A stretch of 63,966 nt of DNA, counting the filler, from Lama guanicoe (lineage: Eukaryota): NCBI GenBank assembly GCA_013239625.1. It is 83 parts of 80 records of this genome, joined end to end, with 100 filler letters (N's around TTAATTAATTAA, not from the genome) between each part and the next. Parts side by side here need not be neighbours in the genome. Positions count along the whole stretch, not along the records: positions 1 to 421 come from MU053972.1; positions 522 to 1,289 come from MU053973.1; positions 1,390 to 2,499 come from MU053974.1; positions 2,600 to 3,786 come from MU053977.1; positions 3,887 to 4,718 come from MU053978.1; positions 4,819 to 5,674 come from PNXV01004787.1; positions 5,775 to 6,681 come from PNXV01004788.1; positions 6,782 to 7,235 come from PNXV01004789.1; 75 more parts are not named here. One strand, 5' to 3'. The translations under genes and the position numbers were made by a program. The notes under the pieces are model-generated. The model had not been told where the DNA came from. It made no database searches and saw nothing but the letters and a program-made list of their open reading frames with translations. Shown here in pieces: positions 1 to 10,826 of the stretch (position 1 is the stretch's first letter; every line of letters starts with the position of its first letter).

Positions 1-421
1 ATGTTCTAAATTCTAGCTTCTAAATTTTCTATTCTATATTCCAAATTTTTTGGTATACATTTAATATTCTACATTAAATATACTGCATTCAGTAGTCTAT
101 ATTCTATATTCTGTGTTATATAATGTATATTCTAAATTCTATATTCTGTATTCTGTATTCCATAGTCTANNNNNNNNNNNNNNNNNNNNNNNNNNNNNNN
201 NNNNNNNNNNNNNNNNNNNNNNNNNNNNNNNNNNNNNNNNNNNNNNNNNNNNNNNNNNNNNNNNNNNNNNNNNNNNNNNNNNNNNNNNNNNNNNNNNNNN
301 NNNNNNNNNNTATATACTGTAAATTCTATATACTAAATTCTATATTCAGTATACTTAATACTATATTCTAAGTTCTGTGTTCTGCATTCCATGCTCTAAA
401 GTCCATATTCAGTATTCTGTA
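1..421 (+). repeat. AT-rich 7-bp-based satellite (TATTCTA-type)
   Basis: Degenerate tattcta/tgttcta/aattcta heptamers throughout. Confidence 0.9.
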
Positions 422-521
422 NNNNNNNNNNNNNNNNNNNNNNNNNNNNNNNNNNNNNNNNNNNNTTAATTAATTAANNNNNNNNNNNNNNNNNNNNNNN
501 NNNNNNNNNNNNNNNNNNNNN
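422..521. other. Artificial scaffold-joining spacer N44-TTAATTAATTAA-N44 (first of about 82 identical copies; last has its core at 63472-63483)
   Basis: An exact palindromic 12-mer with 44 N on each side (100 nt total) recurs every 0.3-1.3 kb. It gives stop codons in all six frames and separates unrelated sequences. Confidence 0.99.
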
Positions 522-1289
522 GTGACTGAAGAGAGCTTCGTGGAGTTGTCTCTCGTGCTCCCCCACTCAAAGACAATTGTTCCGGAATACTGAGCGTGGG
601 GAGGTTCCACCAAAGGTCGGCAGCGCGTGGGTTCTAACGGAATGCCTAAGATCGTCTCCCCTGAGGGTTTTCCTAATGTCTCTGTGCCAGGGAATGCTAG
701 GGGGGTTTGCAGGNNNNNNNNNNNNNNNNNNNNNNNNNNNNNNNNNNNNNNNNNNNNNNNNNNNNNNNNNNNNNNNNNNNNNNNNNNNNNNNNNNNNNNN
801 NNNNNNNNNNNNNNNNNNNNNNNNNNNNNNNNNNNNNNNNNNNNNNNNNNNNNNNNNNNNNNNNNNNNNNNNNNNNNNNNNNNNNNNNNNNNNNNNNNNN
901 NNNNNNNNNNNNNNNNNNNNNNNNNNNNNNNNNNNNNNNNNNNNNNNNNNNNNNNNNNNNNNNNNNNNNNNNNNNNNNNNNNNNNNNNNNNNNNNNNNNN
1001 NNNNNNNNNNNNNNNNNNNNNNNNNNNNNNNNNNNNNNNNNNNNNNNNNNNNNNNNNNNNNNNNNNNNNNNNNNNNNNNNNNNNNNNNNNNNNNNNNNNN
1101 NNNNNNNNNNNNNNNNNNNNNNNNNNNNNNNNNNNNNNNNNNNNNNNNNNNNNNNNNNNNNNNNNNNNNNNNNNNNNNNNNNNNNNNNNNNCCTGAGGGT
1201 TCATGTCTCTGTGGCAGGGAATGGTAGGAGGGTTTGTAGCAAATCCCAGTGACAGAGGCTTCCTCCCCAAGTTCAGGGAAGGTATTTCT
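522..1289 (+). repeat. Satellite A (266-267-bp monomer), gapped
   Basis: Matches the monomer at 8780-9311 (gtgactgaagagagc...ctgagcgtggggaggttccacc...gggttctaacggaatgcctaag). Confidence 0.93.
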
Positions 1290-1389
1290 NNNNNNNNNNN
1301 NNNNNNNNNNNNNNNNNNNNNNNNNNNNNNNNNTTAATTAATTAANNNNNNNNNNNNNNNNNNNNNNNNNNNNNNNNNNNNNNNNNNNN

Positions 1390-2499
1390 TACTATATTCT
1401 AAATTCTATATGCAGTATTCTGTATTCTATATTCTAAAGTCTGTGTTCCGCATTCTATGTTCTAAATACTATATTCAGTATTATATGTTCTATTTACAAA
1501 ATTCTGTGTTCTGCATTCCATGTTCTAAATTCTGGGTTCTGTATTCTGTTTTTCATATTATATATTCTGTTTTCTACATTCTATATTCTGTATTCTATAT
1601 TATGTATTCCGTATTCTATATTCTGTGTTCTACTTTCTATGTTCTAAATTGTTTATTCACTATTCCATATTCTATATTCTATATTCTGTGTTATACATAC
1701 CATATTCTAAATTCTATATGCATTATTCTGTATTCTATATTCTAAATACTGTGTTCTGCATTCCTTGTTCTAAATTCTGGGTTGTGTATTCTGTTTTCCG
1801 TATTCTATATTCTGTGNNNNNNNNNNNNNNNNNNNNNNNNNNNNNNNNNNNNNNNNNNNNNNNNNNNNNNNNNNNNNNNNNNNNNNNNNNNNNNNNNNNN
1901 NNNNNNNNNNNNNNNNNNNNNNNNNNNNNNNNNNNNNNNNNNNNNNNNNNNNNNNNNNNNNNNNNNNNNNNNNNNNNNNNNNNNNNNNNNNNNNNNNNNN
2001 NNNNNNNNNNNNNNNNNNNNNNNNNNNNNNNNNNNNNNNNNNNNNNNNNNNNNNNNNNNNNNNNNNNNNNNNNNNNNNNNNNNNNNNNNNNNNNNNNNNN
2101 NNNNNNNNNNNNNNNNNNNNNNNNNNNNNNNNNNNNNNNNNNNNNNNNNNNNNNNNNNNNNNNNNNNNNNNNNNNNNNNNNNNNNNNNNNNNNNNNNNNN
2201 NNNNNNNNNNNNNNNNNNNNNNNNNNNNNNNNNNNNNNNNNNNNNNNNNNNNNNNNNNNNNNNNNNNNNNNNNNNNNNNNNNNNNNNNNNNNNNNNNNNN
2301 NNNNNNNNNNNNNNNNNNNNNNNNNNNNNNNNNNNNNNNNNNNNNNNNNNNNNNNNNNNNNNTACATTCTATATTCAAAATTCTATATTCAGTATTCCGT
2401 ATGCTATATAATAAATTCTGTGTTCTGCATTCCATTTTCTAAATTATGGGATCTATATTCTATATTCTATATTCTATATTTTGTGTTCTAAATTCTATA
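1390..2499 (+). repeat. AT-rich 7-bp-based satellite
   Basis: Tandem degenerate TATTCTA units with a recurring tctgtgttctgcattccatgttctaaattctgg motif. Confidence 0.93.
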
Positions 2500-2599
2500 N
2501 NNNNNNNNNNNNNNNNNNNNNNNNNNNNNNNNNNNNNNNNNNNTTAATTAATTAANNNNNNNNNNNNNNNNNNNNNNNNNNNNNNNNNNNNNNNNNNNN

Positions 2600-3786
2600 T
2601 AGAACACAGAATTTAGAATATACAATATGGAATACTGAATATAGAATTACGGATATAATATGTAGAACACAGAATAAAGACCATAGAATACGGAATGCAG
2701 AATATAGAATACAGAATATAGAATGTAGAAAACAGAATATAAATTATTGAAAACAGAATACAAAACTCATAATTTACAACATTGAATGCAGAACACAGAA
2801 TATAGAATATAGAATACAGAATACTGAATATAGAATTTAGAACATGGAATGCAGAACACAGGATTTAGAATATAGAATACAGAATACTGAATATAGAATT
2901 TAGAATATAGAATGAGGAACACAGAATATAGAANNNNNNNNNNNNNNNNNNNNNNNNNNNNNNNNNNNNNNNNNNNNNNNNNNNNNNNNNNNNNNNNNNN
3001 NNNNNNNNNNNNNNNNNNNNNNNNNNNNNNNNNNNNNNNNNNNNNNNNNNNNNNNNNNNNNNNNNNNNNNNNNNNNNNNNNNNNNNNNNNNNNNNNNNNN
3101 NNNNNNNNNNNNNNNNNNNNNNNNNNNNNNNNNNNNNNNNNNNNNNNNNNNNNNNNNNNNNNNNNNNNNNNNNNNNNNNNNNNNNNNNNNNNNNNNNNNN
3201 NNNNNNNNNNNNNNNNNNNNNNNNNNNNNNNNNNNNNNNNNNNNNNNNNNNNNNNNNNNNNNNNNNNNNNNNNNNNNNTTAGAACAAAGAATATAGAATA
3301 TAGAATACGGAATGCACAAATTAGAATGTAGAATCTAGAATGTAGAACACAGAATATAGAATATATAAAAGTGAATACAGTACCCATAATTTAGAAATGG
3401 AATGCAGAAAACAGAATTTAAAATATAGAATACAGAATACTGAAAATAGAATGTAGAATATACAAAGTAGAACACAGAATATAGAATATAGAAAAGAGAA
3501 TTTAGAACATGGAATGCAGAACACAGAATTTAGAATATAGAATAAAGAACGCTGAATATAGGATTTAGACTATAGAATATATAACACAGTATATAGAATA
3601 TAGAATAGAGGATACAGAACATAGAATTTAGAACATGGAATGCAGAACACAGAATTTAGAATATAGAATAAAGAACGCTGAATATAGGATTTAGACTATA
3701 GAATATATAACACAGTATATAGAATATAGAATAGAGGATACAGAACATAGAATTTAGAACATGGAATGCAGAACACAGAATTTAGA
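2600..3786 (-). repeat. AT-rich 7-bp-based satellite (TAGAATA orientation) with 63-bp and 126-bp periodicities
   Basis: atactgaatatagaatttag occurs at 2821 and 2884 (63 apart). tttagaacatggaatgcag occurs at 3501, 3627 and 3753 (126 apart). Confidence 0.93.
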
Positions 3787-3886
3787 NNNNNNNNNNNNNN
3801 NNNNNNNNNNNNNNNNNNNNNNNNNNNNNNTTAATTAATTAANNNNNNNNNNNNNNNNNNNNNNNNNNNNNNNNNNNNNNNNNNNN

Positions 3887-4257
3887 CAGGAAGTGAACAT
3901 TAGAGTGAAATCCTGGAGGGAGATGAAATTTAGACCGCAGATGACGGTTTATTTAAAGAAGAAATAGTTGATAATTTCCCGAACCTATTTGAGGAATTGA
4001 TATACAACTCTGTGAGCCAACAAAACACCAATAACTTTAAGACAAAGAGACCTGTTTCAAGATACATCATATGCAAGTTGGCAAGTCAATGACAGAGTAA
4101 AATTTTAAAGGCAGCCAAAGAAAGTTTTGATAATCTACAAAGAACCCCAATTAGGCTCTCAGCAGATTTCTGAGCGGAAAATATGTGCCAAGGTTAAATA
4201 AAATGACATTTTCAAACTACTGTATTTAGAAATTCCTCACCTAAGAATATTCTACCT
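3887..4257 (+). mobile_element. Degenerate LINE-1 ORF1 C-terminal fragment
   Basis: L1 ORF1-like text: aaagaaatagttgataatttccc, caagatacatcat, aaaattttaaaggcagcca, ccccaattaggctctcagcagatttct. Frames are broken. Confidence 0.75.
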
Positions 4258-4818
4258 NNNNNNNNNNNNNNNNNNNNNNNNNNNNNNNNNNNNNNNNNNN
4301 NNNNNNNNNNNNNNNNNNNNNNNNNNNNNNNNNNNNNNNNNNNNNNAAAAAAAAACCAAGACACCTTAAAAGATATGAGGAAAACTGCTATTCTAAGAAA
4401 AATAAAATGGCAGAACTATGCAAAACATTGAACAAAATACTAAGCAGAGACCACGAGAAAGTTGCAACTGATTCTTTGGGTATGTTTTTAAAGGCTGCTA
4501 TTCTATATGGATAAAATAGTGTAAAATAGGAAATTAGTTGCAATAAATAAAGATACATCAATCTGGTAAGATGTTCTCAACAGTAATAGAAATAATTTGA
4601 GTCAGTATTCATAAAAGGTAACTTGTAAAAATAATACAATATTAAAGGAAGATGTTATCAGCAGAAAAAGACTAAATTATACATAAGATATTTTATTTTT
4701 AATTGAAATAGAGTAGATNNNNNNNNNNNNNNNNNNNNNNNNNNNNNNNNNNNNNNNNNNNNTTAATTAATTAANNNNNNNNNNNNNNNNNNNNNNNNNN
4801 NNNNNNNNNNNNNNNNNN

Positions 4819-5040
4819 AATAGGCACATGAAAAAAATGGTCAGCATCGCTAATTATCAGAGAAGTAGAAATCAAAGTTACAATGAGGTATCACTTCACA
4901 CCAGTCAGAATGGCTATCATTAAAAAGTCCACAAATGGCAAATGCTGGAGAGGATGTGAAGAAAAGGGTACCCTCCTACTGTTGGTGGGAATGTTGTTTG
5001 GTGTAGCCATTGTGGGAAACAGTATGGAGATTTCTTAAAG
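4819..5040 (+). mobile_element. LINE-1 ORF2 3' fragment
   Basis: Typical L1 text: caatgaggtatcacttcacaccagtcagaatggctatcattaaaaagtcc ... aaacagtatggagatttctta. Confidence 0.9.
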
Positions 5041-5416
5041 TCATCTTCTGTATGTCTGTTTAAGCGTGATTTTACATGCATTACAGTAGGGTGAACACAT
5101 CCAAACACGGAAATAACACTGTTCTGAAATTTAAACAACAGTAACAGTCAAGGAATATCCTTTATACATCTGTCTTTACACAATGCATTACATGCATAAA
5201 AGTGTGGACAACACATCCATTCACTGCAATAACAATGTTTTCAACATCTCAATCAAGTAGCACTCTTACAAAATTATTGTTTACATGTTTGTTTGCATTG
5301 TGGTAAACACATGCCTTCACTTAAATAATACTTTCCAAAACTTTACTTAAAAGTAGCAATATAAAAATCATGTATTATATATACATCTTTTTTGGAAAGG
5401 ATTGGAAAGGTTGGAT

Positions 5417-5665
5417 ATTTTTATTGAAGTATTGTTGATTTACAATATTATATTAGCTTAAGTTTCACAATATGGTGATTCAAAAGTTTATATTATATTC
5501 CATTGAAAGTTATTATAAAATATTGGCTATTTTCCCTGGTTTGTACATTATCTTATTTATTTTATATGTAGTAGTTTGTACCTCCTGATCCCCTACAACT
5601 GTCTTGCTCCTCCTGCTGGTAACCACTAGTTTGTTCTCTGTACCTGTGAGTCTGTTTCTGTTTTT
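5417..5665 (-). mobile_element. LINE-1 3' end, antisense
   Basis: tttttattgaagtattgttgatttacaatatt ... ctggtaaccactagtttgttctctgtacctgtgagtctgtttctg is the reverse of a laurasiatherian L1 3'UTR. Confidence 0.8.
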
Positions 5666-5774
5666 TCCTACTGANNNNNNNNNNNNNNNNNNNNNNNNNN
5701 NNNNNNNNNNNNNNNNNNTTAATTAATTAANNNNNNNNNNNNNNNNNNNNNNNNNNNNNNNNNNNNNNNNNNNN

Positions 5775-6570
5775 CGCCCCCAGGCCAGGCCGCGAGGGAG
5801 AGAAGAAATGGAGCAGCTCCCTGCAACGGCCCCCCTCCCCCTGCCGCAGCCGCCGCCGCCTCCCAGGAGCAAGCTCACCTGGAGACCGGCGTCCCGCCTC
5901 TAGGGCAGCGGAGGCCGCTCCCAGGCTCCGCCGCGGGGGAGAGCGGGGCGAATTGACCGGCTCCCCAGCGGCAGCCCCCCTCCCCCCGTGGGACCCGCAC
6001 CTTAACGACACCGCCTCCACTCCGCACTCAGCAAGCTGAGTGGGACAGCTGTGTCCGGCGACCTGGGGCAGCAGACGCCGCTCCCAGGCCCGGCAGCCGG
6101 GACAAACCAGTTCGCCAGGGGCAGCCCCGCTCCGCCCCTCTGCCGCTGCCGCCGCCCCCTGACCTAACCGCCCCACCTCCCAGGAGCAAGCTTACCTGGA
6201 GCCCAAAATCTGGCGAATCTCTGGCGGCCAAGCCCCACCCCAGGCCAGGCTGCAGGGAAGAGAAGAAATCGACCGGCTTGCCCGGGCAGCCTCCCACCCG
6301 TCGCCGCCGCCTCCGCCGCCCCAAACCATTACACCAGCCTCCCAGGGTCAGGCTGACTGCGAGGATGTGCATTTGCCTTCTAACCCTGGCTACGTGCCTG
6401 AGCACCTCCCTGCAACCCTACACGCCCTGCACCTCTTCACCCCTGCCACTATCTGCACTTATGCACTGTCTGCACCCCCGCATCCCCTGAACTGCCTGCA
6501 CCTTCCACAGCCCCTGCACCCCTGCCACTACTTACACTTTTGCACTGCCTAAACTCCTGCACCGCTGCAT
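5775..6570. repeat. CpG-rich segment with degenerate internal repeats, followed by CCCTGCAC-type short repeats
   Basis: caggccaggc...gagaagaaat occurs at 5781 and 6241, and caggagcaagct.acctggag at 5864 and 6181. CpG density is high, and cc(c)tgcac repeats at about 6408-6565. Confidence 0.6.
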
Positions 6571-6781
6571 GTCCCACACACCACCTCTTGGGCCTGTGGC
6601 AGTCTCTGCTATTAGACCAATGCACAGGGACCCACATCTTTGCCAGTATATGATGCATCAGTGAACGTCTGGGGTTGGCTGNNNNNNNNNNNNNNNNNNN
6701 NNNNNNNNNNNNNNNNNNNNNNNNNTTAATTAATTAANNNNNNNNNNNNNNNNNNNNNNNNNNNNNNNNNNNNNNNNNNNN

Positions 6782-7235
6782 TAACGGAATGCCTAAGCTC
6801 GTCTCCCCTGAGGGTTTTCCTAATATGTCTATGCCTGGGAATCGTAGGGGTGTTTGCAGGATATCCCAGTGACATACGCTGCATCCCCAAGGTCAGGGAA
6901 GGTATTTCTCGGACTTCCCCGAAAAGGGAACTCCTGTGAATGAAGAGAACTGCGTGGAGATTTCTCTCGAGCTCCCCCACGCACTGACAATGGTTCCGGA
7001 ATCCTGAGTGTGGGGAGGTTCCACCAACGGTCGGCAGCGCGTGGGTTCTAACGGAATGCTTAAGCTCGTCTCCCTTGAAGGTTTTCCTTATGTCTCTGTG
7101 CCAGGGACTGCTAGGGGTGATTGCAGGATATCCCAGTGAGCGAGGCTGCCTCCCCAAGGCCAGGGAAGATGTATCCCAGACTTCCACGAACAGGGAACAC
7201 CTGTGAATGATGAGAGCTGCGTGGAGTTGTCTCTC
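6782..7235 (+). repeat. Satellite A (267-bp monomer)
   Basis: taacggaatgc.taagctcgtctccc occurs at 6782 and 7049. Confidence 0.95.
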
Positions 7236-7335
7236 NNNNNNNNNNNNNNNNNNNNNNNNNNNNNNNNNNNNNNNNNNNNTTAATTAATTAANNNNNNNNN
7301 NNNNNNNNNNNNNNNNNNNNNNNNNNNNNNNNNNN

Positions 7336-7965
7336 TTTTGTGCTCATTATTCTATATTCTATATTCTATATTCTGCATTCGGTTATCTATAATCTATATT
7401 CTGTGTTCTACATTCTATATTCTAAATTCAATATTCAGTATTCTGTATTCTATACTCTAAATTCTGTGTTCTACATTCAATATTCTAAATTCTATTTTCA
7501 GTAATCTGTATTCTATATTCTAAATTCTGTGTTCTGCATTCCATGTTCTACATTCTGGGTTCTATATTCTGTTTTCCATATTCTAAATTCTGTGTTCTAC
7601 TTTCTATATTTTGTTTTCAATATTCTACTACATTACATATTCTGTGTTTTACATTCTATATTCTAAATTCTGTGTTCTTCATTCCATGTTCTATATTTTG
7701 GGTTCCATATTCTCTATTCTATATACTGTATTCTGTGTTCTATTTCCATGTTCTTAATTCTGGGTTCTATATTCTCTATTCTATATTCTCTATTTTGTGT
7801 TCATCATTCTATATTGTGTATTCTATATTCTGCATTCCGTAGTCTATATTCTATATTCTGTGTTCTGCATTGCATGTTCTAATTTCTGGGTTCAATATTC
7901 TCTATTCTATATTCTGTTTACAGTGTTCTACATTCTATATTCTAAATTTTTATTCAGTATTCTGT
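7336..7965 (+). repeat. AT-rich 7-bp-based satellite
   Basis: Degenerate TATTCTA tandem array. Confidence 0.93.
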
Positions 7966-8142
7966 NNNNNNNNNNNNNNNNNNNNNNNNNNNNNNNNNNN
8001 NNNNNNNNNTTAATTAATTAANNNNNNNNNNNNNNNNNNNNNNNNNNNNNNNNNNNNNNNNNNNNACCTACTGCCCCCCAACATTCAAGTTCAAACAAGT
8101 CTGTTTTATTTACCGCAGTTTAATATGTATGTATGTATAGGG

Positions 8143-8145
<3 letters not shown>

Positions 8146-8173
<28 letters not shown>
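8146..8173. repeat. (TA)n microsatellite
   Basis: Uninterrupted TA run. Confidence 0.95.
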
Positions 8174-8779
8174 TGAGATACTTCATCAATGATTGGGACA
8201 ACAGACCAATTAATCATACTAAAAATTGGGAAGGGTGTAAGCTCTTTGGCTCAAACTTGGGGATCCCAGAGAGTTTTCTATAAAATTAGATACAATGCAC
8301 AAAAACAAACAAAAGAAAGGCTTCTGGCACTCCTTCTAGGAATAAAAATTATTGATTAAACCTAATAAATATTAAAATTAAAGGTATAAGTTTTAATAAA
8401 TTTGAGATAAAAGTTTCTAAAATTGGTATATTTAAATCAGATTTATATGAACCTTTTACTTAATTATGTTGTGGGATAGAATGAACCTTTTACTTAATTA
8501 TGTTGTGGGATAGATATGTTTCAATGGAAAAGCGATTCACCTTTTTGGTATTATAAGGCTGGGCACATATCTGTCCCTCAGAAAATATTGACTGAACAAA
8601 GTGAAGGAAACCAATAGAGTTACATGAGCTGTCCAATATAACGTAAAACTTAAAACTAGTATTCAGTGGCTAATAAAAANNNNNNNNNNNNNNNNNNNNN
8701 NNNNNNNNNNNNNNNNNNNNNNNTTAATTAATTAANNNNNNNNNNNNNNNNNNNNNNNNNNNNNNNNNNNNNNNNNNNN

Positions 8780-9548
8780 CCCAGTGACAGAGGCTGCCTC
8801 CCCAAGGTCTGGAAGTTATTTCTCAGAAATCTCCCTAAAAGGAAACACTTGTGACTGAAGAGAGCTGCGTGGAGTTGTCTCTCGAGCTCCCCACGCACTG
8901 ACAATTGTTCCGGAATCCTGAGCGTGGGGAGGTTCCACCAGCGGTCGGCAGCTCCTGGGTTCTAACGGAATGCCTAAGCTCGACTCCCCTGGGATTTTTC
9001 CAAGTGTCCCTGTGCCATGGAATGCTAGGGGAGTTTGCAGGAAATCCCAGTGACAGAGGCTGCCTCCCCAAGGTCTGGAAGTTATTTCTCAGAAATCTCC
9101 CTAAAAGGAAACACTTGTGACTGAAGAGAGCTGCGTGGAGTTGTCTCTCGTGCTCCCCACGCACTAACAAGTGTTCCGGAATCCTGAGCGTGGGGAGGTT
9201 CCACCAGCGGTCGGCAGCTCCTGGGTTCTAACGGAATGCCTAAGCTCGACTCCCCTGGGATTTTTCCAAGTGTCCCTGTGCCATGGAATGCTAGGGGAGT
9301 TTGCAGGAAATCCCAGTGACAGAGGCTGCCTCCNNNNNNNNNNNNNNNNNNNNNNNNNNNNNNNNNNNNNNNNNNNNNNNNNNNNNNNNNNNNNNNNNNN
9401 NNNNNNNNNNNNNNNNNNNNNNNNNNNNNNNNNNNNNNNNNNNNNNNNNNNNNNNNNNNNNNNNNNNNNNNNCAACGCCTGGGTTCTAACGGAATGCCAA
9501 AGCTCGACTCCCCTGGATTTTTCCTAATGTCTCTGTGCCAGGGAATGC
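8780..9548 (+). repeat. Satellite A (266-bp monomer), highly homogeneous
   Basis: ccagtgacagaggctgcctcc occurs at 8781, 9047 and 9313. I find only three substitutions between monomers 8780-9045 and 9046-9311. Confidence 0.97.
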
Positions 9549-9648
9549 NNNNNNNNNNNNNNNNNNNNNNNNNNNNNNNNNNNNNNNNNNNNTTAATTAA
9601 TTAANNNNNNNNNNNNNNNNNNNNNNNNNNNNNNNNNNNNNNNNNNNN

Positions 9649-10826
9649 AGATAGGAGCTCGCTAATACTTGGTTTTAGAGCACAACCCATAACTTTGTTC
9701 AAACTCCGGCCAAGGAAAATACTCAGGGAAGTCAATCTAATGGATCCAATTAGATCCCTGCTGCTATTGTCAGTTGCAGGAGCCTCCCCACACTCAGGAT
9801 ACCAGAAAACGTCGTGTGTGTGCTGGAGGTGGGGAAACAAAGAACACGCATTTTTCAGGGGTCACAGTAATTCCCAAGTTGTGGGTTGTAGTTTAAACAT
9901 CTCCACTACCCATGGAGAGGCACACGCTGATACTTAGTTTTAGAGCCCAATTCCCACTTTCAACCACACACTGGCCTAGGCAAACCATCAGGGAAGACAA
10001 GCAAAGGGAAAATTAAAACCAAGAGGTTGATATCTGTGGGAGGAACTACCCCACACTCAGGATTCTGGAACCCAACCTTATGTGGTGGGGAGGTTTGAAG
10101 CCCCACTCCACGCAGATGAATGGGTGCTCAGGTGTTTCCCTTTATGGAGAACTCATCTAAATACTTCCTCAGTCCATCGGGGGGCACTCGCTACTATTTG
10201 ACCNNNNNNNNNNNNNNNNNNNNNNNNNNNNNNNNNNNNNNNNNNNNNNNNNNNNNNNNNNNNNNNNNNNNNNNNNNNNNNNNNNNNNNNNNNNNNNNNN
10301 NNNNNNNNNNNNNNNNNNNNNNNNNNNNNNNNNNNNNNNNNNNNNNNNNNNNNNNNNNNNNNNNNNNNNNNNNNNNNNNNNNNNNNNNNNNNNNNNNNNN
10401 NNNNNNNNNNNNNNNNNNNNNNNNNNNNNNNNNNNNNNNNNNNNNNNNNNNNNNNNNNNNNNNNNNNNNNNNNNNNNNNNNNNNNNNNNNNNNNNNNNNN
10501 NNNNNNNNNNNNNNNNNNNNNNNNNNNNNNNNNNNNNNNNNNNNNNNNNNNNNNNNNNNNNNNNNNNNNNNNNNNNNNNNNNNNNNNNNNNNNNNNNNNN
10601 NNNNNNNNNNNNNNNNNNNNNNNNNNNNNNNNCCACGGATCTTTATGGGGGCACAGGGGTTCCCAGGTTAGGGATGTAGTTTAAACACCTCCACAAACCA
10701 TAGAGAGGTCATCGCAAATACTTGGTTTCGGAGCCCAAACCACACAGTTCCCCGCAATCACGCCAAGGCTTTCCACAAGGGAAGACAAGCAAAGGGATTC
10801 AGTTAGAACCCAGGCGCTGCTGTCAG
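9649..10826 (-). repeat. Satellite C: diverged ~265-bp relative of satellite A
   Basis: gct.atactt.gttttagagc occurs at 9661 and 9926, and again at 10714. The reverse complement carries A motifs (atcctgagtgtggggagg; cagcgcctgggttctaac). Confidence 0.85.

Noticed and set aside
113..3524. Long ORFs containing X runs, and YSIF/ILYS-rich ORFs
   Set aside because: These are artefacts of N gaps and of the stop-poor strand of the 7-bp satellite.
5727..6552. Overlapping GC-rich ORFs of 60-150 aa
   Set aside because: These are expected from stop-codon scarcity in GC-rich repeats, and no homology is recognisable.
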